Source: an uncultured Methanoregulaceae archaeon
GTDB taxonomy: Archaea > Halobacteriota > Methanomicrobia > Methanomicrobiales > Methanospirillaceae
Direction of reading: 5' to 3'
Assembly (NCBI GenBank): GCA_963721245.1
Contig: CAVRIL010000004.1
Location: 6,110 to 70,109, forward strand
DNA: 64,000 nucleotides
The translations under genes were made by a program, and so were the position numbers. The notes under the pieces are model-generated. The model made no database searches. It was not told the origin of the DNA and worked only from the letters and a program-made list of their open reading frames with translations. This document shows, piece by piece, positions 34,203 to 45,173 of this stretch (the stretch's first letter is position 1; each line of letters begins with the position of its first letter).

Positions 34203-34478
34203 CTAGAGCCTGAACCCGGGAATGGTATCGAACAGGTTCTGGTAGAGCTCGGTAAACAGTGCAATGTATTCCGATGCACGTCCGGTACCAATATAGGTGG
34301 ATTTTTCCCCGTCCCTGGTAAGGGAGAGATATCCTCTTGAAAGGAGAAACTCAAGATATTCCTGTCCGGTTTTCGAGTTGAGGTCGCAGCGGTTGATGAT
34401 TGCGGTAAAGGACCGGGGAGTTCTGCAGTATACGAGTATCTCCCAGTAAATTTCATACGGGGAACGGCGGGTGTTCAT
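34203..34478 (-). CDS. Archaeal winged-helix DNA-binding protein
   Basis: RRSPYEIYWEIL..T.IINRCDLN....YLEFL. Confidence 0.8.
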   Translation of the reverse strand: MNTRRSPYEIYWEILVYCRTPRSFTAIINRCDLNSKTGQEYLEFLLSRGYLSLTRDGEKSTYIGTGRASEYIALFTELYQNLFDTIPGFRL

Positions 34479-34484
34479 TCCCTG

Positions 34485-35117
34485 TCAGGCCCCATTGATT
34501 TTTTTAGTATTATCTTCAGACCGGGCCGTTTCCTCCAGGCGGAGATCCCAGATTTTTGAAAATTTCGAAAAATAATACGAGCTGAGTAGGCTTACGAGAG
34601 CGATTCCAAGGGTCAGGAGAGCTGAGGGTATCAGGAGATAATTATTCAGGGTAAACCTGCCGGATGAAAGGCTGATGGAAAAAAACTCAACACTGTTGAG
34701 GATTCCCAAGACAAAAAAACAGACCCCGCCAAGCGTGCAGACAAGGATCATCCTATCGATGGTCTTCCGGTTCTCCCGGTAATGGGCGACCATCCTGACA
34801 ATCCCGCTGGTGACGGTTTCATCGGAAACCGGCCCCTTTAGATTCTGAAATTCCGAACGGATTTCTGTTATACTCCCCAGCATCCGTGCACTGGAAGTAA
34901 CCCAAGAGATGCCAAGCCCGAAGCTTATCAGGGATAGAATCCCTGCACCTATCCGGAACAGCGTCAGGCCTTCCCCGCCCAGCACGCCCAGCACGGAAGT
35001 CACGATAAACTGCACCCCGAACGCCATCGCCAGCGCCCCGAATACCAGGTTCAGCAGTATCAGGATGAAGAAACTATTGAGTTCACTCCTGAAACGCCTG
35101 AATGTTTCATCTGTCAT
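34485..35117 (-). CDS. Four-TM membrane protein, co-oriented with the wHTH gene
   Basis: 210 aa with 4 hydrophobic helices; 6-bp gap to 34478. Confidence 0.75.
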   Translation of the reverse strand: MTDETFRRFRSELNSFFILILLNLVFGALAMAFGVQFIVTSVLGVLGGEGLTLFRIGAGILSLISFGLGISWVTSSARMLGSITEIRSEFQNLKGPVSDETVTSGIVRMVAHYRENRKTIDRMILVCTLGGVCFFVLGILNSVEFFSISLSSGRFTLNNYLLIPSALLTLGIALVSLLSSYYFSKFSKIWDLRLEETARSEDNTKKINGA

Positions 35118-35377
35118 CTTTCGCTTTCACCGCTCTAGAGATATATTGACCCTGGCTGATTAAAGACCATGAATCTAAGTTACATACCATACATCCCCTG
35201 AAAAAATCACCAGCGATAAGTAAGCCACTTTTCTGCGGCAGAATGCTATCCATGCAGGGAAAAGGTCACACCACAGTTCATTCTCCTCCGTTCCTGTTAA
35301 GAACAGCCCGGAATAACCCGTGCTGAAATACAATAATCTGGCGACTATTACCCCGTCCCTCTCAGTATCCACCCGTA

Positions 35378-36231
35378 TCAGCCCAACCGATAGTGGACCG
35401 TCCACTGGGTCTTCCGGATGAATTCAATGTGTCTCAGGAATCTGAGCCAACCCAGTTTCTTCTCTTCAGAATCAAAGTAACTCCATTCGTCAAGGAACTG
35501 TATCCCGCTATGCCATTGTTCCATCTCCCGGCCGTCACGGATACCGGACCGGAACATGGCATCCTTTCCCAGGTGCACCTGCCGCTGCAGTCTTGTAATC
35601 CAGCATTTTTCTTAACAGAGGTTCTGAGCCAGAGTGAATTAACCACTTCACAGACCAGTTCGGAGCCGGGGAAGGTTTCCTGGAGCTTCAGCACCAGCGA
35701 TCGGACATCCTTCCCGTCAAGGTACATGAACACCCCTTCTGCCATGAACAGGAACGGCCCTTTGTGCTGACGGACAGGCGCCATCCAGCCAAAATCCAGT
35801 ACCGAGGAGGCGATCAGGTGATACCGTTCCGTCTCCGTGGAAAAAGTCTTTTTTAATCGCTGATTATTTCCGGCAGGTCAAGATCATACAAGACCACACG
35901 CCCGTTATCGATCCGCAGGAACCGGGAATCAAGCCCGCAGCCGATATTGACAACAACGCCGTCCGGAAACCTCTGCAGGAAATCCCGTGACATAGTCATC
36001 GTATTTTTTTGCACGGATCGCAATATGGACAACGAGCCTCTTATCCAGCGTTCCGGAGACAAGGATCCTGTCCAGCGGATTATCTGAGCGGGAGAGCGTT
36101 TTATTCAGTTCGGTGGTGATCTCGACAGATTTCGGGTCGGACAGGACGGGATTTTCTGAAAGGGTCTCAAGGGCATGGCAATAGAGGGTGAGAAACGACG
36201 TAGCGGCAATATCGCCAATTCCTTGCTGCAC
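35378..36231 (-). CDS. Class I SAM methyltransferase (LCM/TcmP-like O-methyltransferase; frameshifted)
   Basis: TSFLTLY, VVNIGCGLDSRF.RID, YDLDLPE, IASSVLD, AEGVFMYL. Confidence 0.85.
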
Positions 36232-36492
36232 ATTCCCATCTCCAATTGATCCGAGGACTCAGACCATTATTGGGACACGTAATTTTTATTCTTTCTCAAA
36301 GAGGATCGGAGGAGGCTGATGAATTCGCACCGGTAATCAAACGAGTATCGTATCCGGCAGACAGGGTGGCCATGAAGTAAGGCCTTATAAATCCGGTACC
36401 GAATGTGTTCTGGATCATGTATTCGCTGAACAACAATCACGAGACGGAGGAGGCACACTGACTTTATATCCTGTAAGAAAAAACATACGGAC

Positions 36493-36654
36493 ATGCAAAA
36501 AAGATGGGCCCTGGGTTTTCTCGGATTCCTGGGTATTATTGGAATTGTCGGGATAATCCATGGCGACTGGCTGCAATCTATCGGGATTGCATGGTTCGCA
36601 TTTTTCCTCTATTTTCTCCCAGAGAAAAAAGCAGTGCAGGACAGGAATGATTGA
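36493..36654 (+). CDS. Small membrane protein (53 aa, below the ORF-track cutoff)
   Basis: Manual translation MQKRWALGFLGFLGIIGIVGIIHGDWLQSIGIAWFAFFLYFLPEKKAVQDRND*; the LGFLGFLG start resembles DUF3796-type proteins. Confidence 0.6.
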   Translation: MQKRWALGFLGFLGIIGIVGIIHGDWLQSIGIAWFAFFLYFLPEKKAVQDRND

Positions 36655-36714
36655 AAATCCTGCAATGTCAGGAACGTTCCCCGTTCCTTTTCCCTGCATC
36701 TGTGTTAACTATTT

Positions 36715-36935
36715 GGCTTTGTTGAGATCCTCACACTATTCTTCTCAACACTCTTTTAGGTCTACGGCACGTAATGCCTCCGCCCCCGCCGCTGTGGCAT
36801 CCCTATGAGGGATAATTCCAGAGAAGGTAATACACACAATCGCAAAGCGCAGGGGCGGTTCGGGGGGACAGGCACTGTCCCCTCCGATACTAGACGATTC
36901 GCAATTTGTTAAAATCTTAGGGTTTCAACAGAGCG
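36715..36935 (-). mobile_element. MITE copy B (221 bp), inverted relative to copy A
   Basis: TIRs ggctttgttgagatcc / ggtttcaacagagcg; same internal sequence as 31918-32139. Confidence 0.8.
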
Positions 36936-37463
36936 AAATATTTTATTTTCAGACGTTAACCAGATGCAGAATAGAATTTCGACTATCACCATAGCGATTG
37001 AAACGGCCACGGCCTCGAACAAAATCCCGATTGTTAGTGCGACAAGAGGTATGAGGACTGCCATTACCGAATAGGCTTTTGATGAATATAACCACCCGAA
37101 CGGCAGCAGGTGGGCACCAGAGATGATCGCCAGGACCATGACCATCTTGCCCGGGACGGTCGGGTATACCCACATGGCAATCAGGATATAGAGAAACTGG
37201 TTCAAGGAAAACAAAAGCCCCAGGTTACTTAGCGGGTTGTCCGTTATGGAAAATTCTGCTTTTATTAAACCTGAAATCACAAAGGCGAGTGGTACAAGCA
37301 GGGCCGTACAACAGAACGTCAATAAATTTTTCGTCAGAATATTCTCGATGGGGAGAAGCCACACACCTGTTACTGCAGACCAGATAATGAGCGAGGCAAG
37401 AATGAAATGGAGTCCCCGTTTCCCTCTTTTGGTAATATCAGTTTTTAAATCATCCAGATCCAT
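36909..37463 (-). CDS. Multi-pass membrane protein (DUF7010-like)
   Basis: KRGLHFILAS, NPLSNLG..NQFLY, GAHLLPFGWLY.SKAY; the last codons lie inside MITE B. Confidence 0.8.
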   Translation of the reverse strand: MDLDDLKTDITKRGKRGLHFILASLIIWSAVTGVWLLPIENILTKNLLTFCCTALLVPLAFVISGLIKAEFSITDNPLSNLGLLFSLNQFLYILIAMWVYPTVPGKMVMVLAIISGAHLLPFGWLYSSKAYSVMAVLIPLVALTIGILFEAVAVSIAMVIVEILFCIWLTSENKIFRSVETLRF

Positions 37464-37707
37464 CTTTTTTCCTCTTAAAAGGTATGAACAACCGTAAAAT
37501 ATAAGGTTGGTCTCGCTCTGGTTTATTTTTTCTTTTTGGGAATGGCAAGGATTACCGACCCTTCTGCGATGATACAATCACCGGATCCTCATTTTCCAAA
37601 AAAAGATCTGAACTCCAGCCCCATTCCTGCAATTACACCGGGTGCAAGGCATCGTACGGTTGCAGATGACCTGCGGAAAGGCCCGTTCATGGGATTCCCG
37701 TGGGTGC

Positions 37708-38580
37708 TTACCTCAGCGCCGCGGCGGTGACATCGTCGATCGTGTTCACGTAACTGACGCTGATGCCAATGTTTTTCTCGATGTAATCCTTTGCAGATAC
37801 CTTCTGGACCGGGAGGGACGTGGACAGGATACCGGTACCGGCCGCTGACGGTAGCGTAATGAGGCTGGTTTTCAAGGGGGATCAGGAACATGGTTTTCCC
37901 GATCTCCTTTGCAGCGGTCGCCTTCTCGACAACCCCGCCAATCGCGCCGACGTGCCCGGCATCGTTGATGGTACCGGTCAGGGTCAGGGAACTGTCGATC
38001 GGCTTCTTCTCGATCGCAGAGATGACGAGGAGCGTCATCAGTGCCCCGGCACTCGGCCCGTCGACCTCGTCAATCCGGCTCGCGGAGTCGATGGAAAATA
38101 TCACGTCGCTCTTCGAGAGATCGAATCCTGTCCTCGAACCGGCGACCGCGACCGCGGTGTTCGCCGCTCCCTGGAACACAACCCCCATCAGGGGTTTTGT
38201 CTGGACGAGCACCCTGCCCTTGCCCGGGATAAGCTCGACAGAGATGTTCATTATCGAACCGTGGAGGACCACAGACTGGGCGATGCGCCTCCCACGGATA
38301 GAGTTCTGGACCGACTGGCTGACGGCCGGAGCCTGGAGTGTTGCGAAGCCTTCTGTAATGTCCTGGGAGGATTCGGCGACCTGATCCACCTGGGAATGGA
38401 GTGGGAATTTTCTGTGCCGAGCGCATTCAGCTGGACATTCATCTCTGACAGCCTGTTCTGGTCCGAGGGCACATAGAAAGCGAGGAAGAAGACGTTGACC
38501 GACACCGAGATGATGAGAAGTGCGGTTATGACGGGTAGTATTTTCGTAAGGATATCACCGGTTCTGGATGTTTGAACAGA
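37708..38580 (-). CDS. Membrane-anchored Lon-type (S16) protease domain without AAA module (frameshifted, start uncertain)
   Basis: VDGPSAG with Lys exactly 43 residues later (GGVVEK), LTGTI; upstream TM ILPVITALLIISVSVNVFF. Confidence 0.82.
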
Positions 38581-38787
38581 GTTTTCTCCGTGAGTTTAAT
38601 GTGTTTCCGAACGTGGCAATTAAAAAACAGCCATCTCCGGGTTTCACGAGGTGGCGTCCGGAAGTGTGGGAGGTTGGGGGCTGTCCGGCAATAATTTATG
38701 TGTTATCATTGCTGTCCTGACAGAATACCCAGTTATGGTTTATCCTGCCCGAGCTCATTGCTGCACTCTGATGACACCTTAAAAAAA

Positions 38788-39324
38788 TCAGGCGAATATT
38801 TCATGAGTCGCACCATCAAGTTCCTGTTTCAGCGCCGGCAGGAGCTTAACCGATGCGTTCACCTCATAGGCCACATTCTGGGTCAGGATTTGCTGCCGTC
38901 TCACTTCGGCACCAGTGAGATTCCGCACATCCCCCTGCCGCTCGATCTCGAAGATCAGGCTCCGGTCCCGCTCTGCCGATAACAGGTGATTATAGAATGT
39001 AAAAGTATCCCGTGCGATCTCCCGGTCCAGCCTGGGAATATCTCTCTGGTAAGAATAATACAGGCCATTGGCCGGGTAGAGGGGGGAGGACTGGACAAAG
39101 ATATCAGCGTTACAATCATCCTCGGGGTGCTGGAATTCCTGGTCTGCAAGGACGAGTGAGTCCTGAAGCGACGAGACATCGAGATAGAGACCTTCGGCGA
39201 TGTCACTTTTATCCTTGTTCAGTGAGTTGTTATAGAGAATGAGCGAGTTGGCAAGGTAGCCGCCGGCACCTATCAGGACTCCGATAAGGAGAATATAAAT
39301 CTGGATCTTCGTCTGCTTATCCAT
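38788..39324 (-). CDS. Membrane-anchored hypothetical protein
   Basis: Intact 178-aa ORF with an N-terminal TM helix. Confidence 0.7.
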   Translation of the reverse strand: MDKQTKIQIYILLIGVLIGAGGYLANSLILYNNSLNKDKSDIAEGLYLDVSSLQDSLVLADQEFQHPEDDCNADIFVQSSPLYPANGLYYSYQRDIPRLDREIARDTFTFYNHLLSAERDRSLIFEIERQGDVRNLTGAEVRRQQILTQNVAYEVNASVKLLPALKQELDGATHEIFA

Positions 39325-39918
39325 TCTTCATGCTCCGCGATCGTTTGTTTCGGGTGAGATGACCCATCTCTTTACCTGTTCCCGGTTATCATTCATTATC
39401 TCCGTCGGAGTACCGGATTCTCCGTTATGGAATTACAAAGTACCATTCATCCCCTCAGGGCGATATCACACAGGGAACGAACCATTCCCGGGTTTGCAGG
39501 GATCTCGCCCCTCCCTGTATCGTGTTTGCCCGGGTCACAATTTTGCCCCGAATATACCGGTGATCCTGTTTCCTCAATCCTGCCAATTCAGCCATATCCG
39601 AGAACCTGGCTGGAGGATCAATGAGGGGTACGATATGCATCGTTTCGGTCATTATCGCTTGTGAGTCAGGTTGTCTAATAAACATTATTCAGAATTTCAA
39701 ATTTTGAAATACACCCTGTAACCAATCTGTATCGCGTAATGAATCGGACGCCTTCATGATTCTCAGATCCTTCCTGTTCAGTGAGGTGTCACGGTACGCC
39801 CGGCAAGTACATATGAGAGGATTTGCGGGTTTGCCGCGATCATCCCCGAACTTCTTCACCTCTGGATAGGCAAAGAAAAAGCGGGATGTACAATTATCAA
39901 TCCCGGATTTTGCCCCGT

Positions 39919-40743
39919 TCAATCAATAATTACCGGCTGTTCAGAACTCATGTCCTTATTTGTTTCGTTCCTGAGAAGAAACAGGCCATATGCAACGAAA
40001 ACAAACCCGATACCTAGTGTTGTGACCAGCGCCTGCGGGGACTGCGCTGAAACGGTAATCCCTCCGAGAGAAATCAGCGAGGTAAAATCGAATAAGGCAT
40101 GAATGCCGGCAATGGGCCAGATACTCCCGGTCCGTATGCGAATTGCGGCAAAGGTGATCCCGAGGCCGAACGCGGCAATGCTATCGATAATGGTAAAGAC
40201 GGGATCCCATAAGCCACCAATTATATTAAGAAGGTGAGGGGCCGCAAACAGCAGGGAGCTGAGGACGACCGCACGTATCGCGCCTGTCGGCAGGAGTGTG
40301 GTGAGTATCAGGCCGCGAAAGAACGTTTCCTCGGCAAAACCGATGAGGAGGGTTAGGGCAGCGAAGGCAAGGATGGCGATGGGTGCAGTCACCTGGATGC
40401 CCGTCCCGAGCGAAAGCAGCGCAAAGGCAAGAGGCAGGACAATAAGGGGCGCATGCTTCAGCCGGATTCCTGTTGTATAGCCCGCTTTTTCCCACCAGTC
40501 AAGACGCGTCAGCAGGACGACCCCGATGACTGCAAGAATGAGATCCCCGAGGGCGAGCTGAACCAGAGTCCCCATGAGGAACAGTCTGTTTATCATGCCG
40601 ACGCTTATGACAACTGCCACTACTATCAGCATGAACCCGATCGAGCTGCGGTAGGGATGCAGGCCGGTGAAACTGGCGAGCCTCATGGAATACCGGTTTC
40701 TACTCTGTTCTGGACTATACATACCTTCCTGACTGAAGTACAT
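39919..40743 (-). CDS. CPBP (CAAX/Abi) family intramembrane metalloprotease
   Basis: GFAEETFFRG, LFAAPH, RTGSIWP..IHALFD. Confidence 0.9.
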   Translation of the reverse strand: MYFSQEGMYSPEQSRNRYSMRLASFTGLHPYRSSIGFMLIVVAVVISVGMINRLFLMGTLVQLALGDLILAVIGVVLLTRLDWWEKAGYTTGIRLKHAPLIVLPLAFALLSLGTGIQVTAPIAILAFAALTLLIGFAEETFFRGLILTTLLPTGAIRAVVLSSLLFAAPHLLNIIGGLWDPVFTIIDSIAAFGLGITFAAIRIRTGSIWPIAGIHALFDFTSLISLGGITVSAQSPQALVTTLGIGFVFVAYGLFLLRNETNKDMSSEQPVIID

Positions 40744-40943
40744 TCAACCGGATTAGTTGCCGGTGGAGTCAAAAAAACGACACGGGCGTCAGGCTGAACA
40801 TGTGGAGGAAGAGGGTTTGATTCAGCCGTCGATCCAGTGCCAAAAGGAGGGAATTGTGTGGGAGGTGGCAGGCACGCTCATATATCACAACCCGGAGACC
40901 GGAATGCAGAAATAGTATGCTGGCAGACTTCGTCTGATCTTCT

Positions 40944-41462
40944 ATGCAGGAACCGGGTTGCCGTGAGAATTATCCTGTTGCAATCGTGATTGTTTCAAAC
41001 CTTGTATCATTCCTGATCTACGGTATCGGGGCTTATGTCCTGTACAGCTTCGGTCTCATATGGGTCATCGGGTATGTACTCTTCATTCTTATCCTTGAAT
41101 TCCGGGTGATGGGCTGGCATTGCGTCGACTGCTATTACTATGGGAAAACCTGTGCCTTTGGAAAAGGGCAGGTAAGCAGGATAATTTTTTCCCGGGGCCG
41201 GCCGGAACGGTTCAACCAGAAAACGATGAGCTGGAAGGATATCGTTCCCGACTTCCTGGTGTTCATCATACCCATTCTTGCGGGAATACTGCTCCTGATC
41301 CAGGAGTTCACCTGGCTTATATTCGGTCTTGTCATTGTCCTGTTCCTGCTGGGGTTCCTCGGAAATGCGCTGGTACGGGAACACCTTGCCTGCAGGTGCT
41401 GTAAACAAAGGGAGATCGGTTGTCCGGCTGCACAGTTGTTTGATACAAAAAAGAAGACGTGA
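40944..41462 (+). CDS. Membrane protein with CxxC motifs
   Basis: 4 TM helices; HCVDCYYYGK.C and CRCCKQR..GCP. Confidence 0.75.
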   Translation: MQEPGCRENYPVAIVIVSNLVSFLIYGIGAYVLYSFGLIWVIGYVLFILILEFRVMGWHCVDCYYYGKTCAFGKGQVSRIIFSRGRPERFNQKTMSWKDIVPDFLVFIIPILAGILLLIQEFTWLIFGLVIVLFLLGFLGNALVREHLACRCCKQREIGCPAAQLFDTKKKT

Positions 41463-41620
41463 ACAATCCCAGGATCACATCTCTGTCTCTGACAAAAATT
41501 TATACTACCGGATAACCTGGAGCGGAATCCGCGGCTCTCCTCACACACATCATACCTTTGTCTCCATCCCCTCAGGATGGAGGTGTCTCTGAACTGAACG
41601 CAGGAAAAAAGGACGGATCT

Positions 41621-42231
41621 TTATCGCTGCCGTTCGAGCAGTGACCGGATTTGCCGCAACTCGCCAAGGATCTCTCTGTCGGTCGATACGCCTGATATAC
41701 CATCCGGTTTTGCACTACCGGTGCCGTCATCATGCGAGGAGCATCCCCGGACCTGGGACCGGATCAACTCGCGGAGTTCTTCGGCATGTTCGATTGCCTC
41801 GATCCGGATTCAGGTACAGCCTGACCTGAATACCCGGCGGTCTGAATCGCAAGACTGGAGATCCCGAGTGCTCTCATAAGGGGGCCCTGCCGGACATCGA
41901 GGTTGGTGATCCGGTTATAGGGAACGATGCCGGTAGTCCGGAACCAGACCCCCCTCTTCCAGTTGACCTCGTCCTCCCTCAGTTCGTACGACATGCTCTC
42001 ATAGTACAGGCCGACCCAGATCCACAGGAGGATATAGACGATTGCCGTCAAACCAAGGACCCCTACAGAAAAAACGGGTGGCATGTCCGCAAAGAGTGCA
42101 ACGGGCACATACGAGACGAGCAGGATAAGGCCGAGGATCATGGCCATGAGCGCCCTGAACCAGGTCGTCATCGCAGGTGAGGGCTTGAACCGCGTGTTGA
42201 GGGGAAAATGCTGGCTCTGCATAAGCATCAC
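41621..42231 (-). CDS. Bacterial PH-domain (bPH_2) membrane protein (frameshifted)
   Basis: Y.LREDEV..KRGV....VPY.RI....RQGPL.R..G...L.IQTAG; the re-joined tail ends ILGELRQIRSLLERQR*. Confidence 0.82.
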
Positions 42232-42314
42232 CAGTAGTTAGTCTATCCGGGAAAATAATGGTTGGGTGGGACCGGGATCCTGAGAACTGTATTGCTCATC
42301 TTTGAATTGTGTAA

Positions 42315-42694
42315 TTATGAACGATTTTTTTGAGTAATTCCTGTTGAATAGAGAATATACCCCGACTGGATCACGAGGAGGAGCAGGACGGGTATTACAC
42401 CGAATTCATCTCCTGCTGCATCCGGGTCGCCTGTTTCCAGGGAAAGACCGGCAATCCTGGTGACGAGAGCCACAATAAGCACCCAAACGGGACAAAGGAT
42501 CGCTGGAAGCGGTTTTTCCCGGAGAGATACCAGCCGGAGACCGTTATTGCCAGTAACGCGAGGATAATATCATCGCCCCGATCGATCCATTCAGTTTCTC
42601 GTAAAATCTCCGGGATAAGCCCTAATTCAAGCACTGCCAGAGAGCCTGACATCAGCAGGTTGTTTCCCCGGTTGATTGCCTCCTGAATATCCAT
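42315..42694 (-). CDS. Membrane hypothetical protein (frameshifted)
   Basis: Hydrophobic segments in two frames; the re-joined tail ends TQKNRS*. Confidence 0.55.
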
Positions 42695-42757
42695 ACACAA
42701 AAGACCTCAGAATGATTTGACCCCACATTCCCTACGGGCTTATTAAACATTAGGATA

Positions 42758-43741
42758 ATGGCAAGGGCAGGATCTCCATTGAACGAAAATATACCGTTGC
42801 ACCAGGCCCGTATTTTTGTGTACCATTTCTTCAACCCCGGAAAATATCCCACCGGCGACAAAGTATTTCTCGCCCCGGGAAAAACTGTACGAAAACAATA
42901 CTCGATTGAGGAGATGGTCGGGATGGCTGATGCAACTATCACTGAATTCTCAGGGACCAGGAAGGGACCGGTTACCCGATACTTCCAGTACAGCCGGGAT
43001 GGCGTCCGGGTCCTTGATGCCGGAAAAAGAGTACAGCGGCTCTATACCTTCGGACCGTCGGCAGACATGATGACGGAACGCTACACTGCTGTGGGAGATA
43101 AGATACTCCGGCGGTTTATTTTTGATCAGAACGGGATGCTTGAAGAGACATTTTCGTTCGGCCAGCGGCCGCGGACTTTCCGGTATGAAAACGGGGGACG
43201 GCTGATTGCGGTACGGGAGGGAGGACACTATGGGGCCGTCGGTAAAACCTACACCTTTGAACAGAACGGGGTTATCGAGACAGCGTGGGGTCGTGACGGG
43301 GACGTTGAACGCGTGTATATCTTCGAGGCGGGTGATGACTCGATCACCGAACGGGTGGGGGGATGGTACGGCCCGGTGAGCAGGACCATCCTTTTTGAGG
43401 GGATGAATGCATCGGTATTCCGCGAGCCGGAAGCCTTCCTGCAGTTCGCGGTGTTTACGGAACGGCGTGAAGATGAGATGAATGCAGAAGGATCAATCAG
43501 TGCTGCCGACAATGCTGAGGGGGGCGGATTATCTTCACCCCGCAGCAGGTATGCCTTTACCGGGAAACGCCGCACATCACCAGATACCGCCCGGGATACC
43601 GGAGAAAAAGAGGAAGATATCCGGGTAGATGTTATACCGGATGGAGATTCATCCGGGGAAGAAACCCCAGCAGAGAGATCCCGTCAGAAAAAAAGCAGCG
43701 AGATATCCTATAACGAACGCCGTTCAGGGAGACAATCATGA
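42758..43741 (+). CDS. Hypothetical protein with internal beta-hairpin-like repeats
   Basis: Intact 327-aa ORF with recurring R-x-[YF]-x-[FY]-[EDG] units and an acidic low-complexity tail. Confidence 0.75.
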   Translation: MARAGSPLNENIPLHQARIFVYHFFNPGKYPTGDKVFLAPGKTVRKQYSIEEMVGMADATITEFSGTRKGPVTRYFQYSRDGVRVLDAGKRVQRLYTFGPSADMMTERYTAVGDKILRRFIFDQNGMLEETFSFGQRPRTFRYENGGRLIAVREGGHYGAVGKTYTFEQNGVIETAWGRDGDVERVYIFEAGDDSITERVGGWYGPVSRTILFEGMNASVFREPEAFLQFAVFTERREDEMNAEGSISAADNAEGGGLSSPRSRYAFTGKRRTSPDTARDTGEKEEDIRVDVIPDGDSSGEETPAERSRQKKSSEISYNERRSGRQS

Positions 43742-43803
43742 CCGGGTTATATGGCCTTTCGCATGACAGCCCGATCTGACCGGTTCCCGGGAAAGATAAA
43801 AAA

Positions 43804-44565
43804 TTACTGGTAGAAGGAAGGGCGGTCGGTCTCCTGAGCGGGTGCATCGCCGATAGTTCTGCTGGTGTAATACCGGAAGGACATGACCATGTTTTCATAG
43901 GTTGCCTGGTTCAGTGTGTCGCCGGGGGTCATTGTGTAAAACAATACCGGGAGAAACCCCTTTTCGTTTGCCGAGCCCTTGTTGCCGACGAAGACCATGG
44001 TCTCGCCCGGCATTCCGTCATAGGGGTTGCGACTGGCATCAAATCGTGTGTAGGTAATCCCGTTGTAGGTGACGGTCGATTCATTCAGTACTGCGCCGGA
44101 ATTACGGATGAGATTCCGGATACTCTGGTCCACGCTCAGGGAGGAGGAGTACGAAAAGATGGTCAGCGAATCGGCAAGCATAATATAATTGCCGCTGTTA
44201 TCATTGACGGTCCTGTTGACCCCACCCGCGGCCGGGTTGTAGATGGTCGTTTTATAGACGCTGCTGTAATCGGTCGTGGGTATCCGTATGGTAGTACCCG
44301 CATACCTGTCCGGTGCGGAGATGGTGAAGAGAAGTTGCGTGTCCCTGATACTAACCGGGAGAGGAATGGCAGGTGCGAGAGTTGTCGTTACAGGAACCGG
44401 GGTTGTGGGTGCCGGGGTTTGAACAGTGGTCAGAGTTGTGGTCTGGACAGTTGTCGGCAGTGGTGTCGGGGTTGGGGTGGGTTGGACGGTCTGCTGAGTA
44501 CATCCGGCCGTTACCATCAGAAATGCAATCGTACACGCGAGTGCAATAAACAGCGAGGTTTTCAT
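43804..44565 (-). CDS. Lipoprotein, hypothetical
   Basis: Lipobox TAGC and Thr/Pro linker with repeated TTVQT. Confidence 0.8.
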   Translation of the reverse strand: MKTSLFIALACTIAFLMVTAGCTQQTVQPTPTPTPLPTTVQTTTLTTVQTPAPTTPVPVTTTLAPAIPLPVSIRDTQLLFTISAPDRYAGTTIRIPTTDYSSVYKTTIYNPAAGGVNRTVNDNSGNYIMLADSLTIFSYSSSLSVDQSIRNLIRNSGAVLNESTVTYNGITYTRFDASRNPYDGMPGETMVFVGNKGSANEKGFLPVLFYTMTPGDTLNQATYENMVMSFRYYTSRTIGDAPAQETDRPSFYQ

Positions 44566-44774
44566 ACGATGGGGTACCCGTGCCGGTTAATATATACTTC
44601 GGCATCTCCGGCCCTGATAAGGGGATATGAACAGATAACTATTCCCGAATACTCTGTATTCGGGCAGCGGACGGAGAAACAGTTCTCAGGGATTGATCCT
44701 GGAGGTCCGGATTCTTTCCTCTGTCGGGAATCACTTTCAATAGCTTGAGACCGTAGTCCCGCCGCGTGCCTCGT

Positions 44775-45143
44775 TCAGCGTTTCATCTTACGTGATCCAG
44801 TGCGGGGGACATACCGCAGTTTCACGATCCCGGTACTATACGTTACAGCTTCGATAAGATCCAGGGTAAATTCCTGCCGGAGTCCGGTATAGAGCGGGAT
44901 CCCGTCCGTGATGATCACCGGGACAATACACTGATAAATTTCATCGACCAGCCCTTCCTCAAGGAACCGCGAGACGATCCGGCCGCCACCGGCAATGTAC
45001 ACATCCTTCTCAGATTCCTGACGGATCTTTTCTATCAGGCTGACCGCCGGACCGTTCCAGAACTCCGTGTCAATGCCGGAGGCGATTGGCAGGGATCGTC
45101 GGGAGAGGAGGTGGCAGGCAGGCTTATGTTCCCGGACATCCAT
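44775..45143 (-). pseudogene. 5'-truncated dihydrofolate reductase / RibD-C family gene
   Basis: C-terminal motifs present (KDVYIAGGG, GLVDEI...VPVI..DGIPL, GIV.LRY); N-terminal SLDGY and GRxTY motifs absent. Confidence 0.6.
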
Positions 45144-45173
45144 AATGCCCGATAGAGGGGGGCTGGTGATGAT

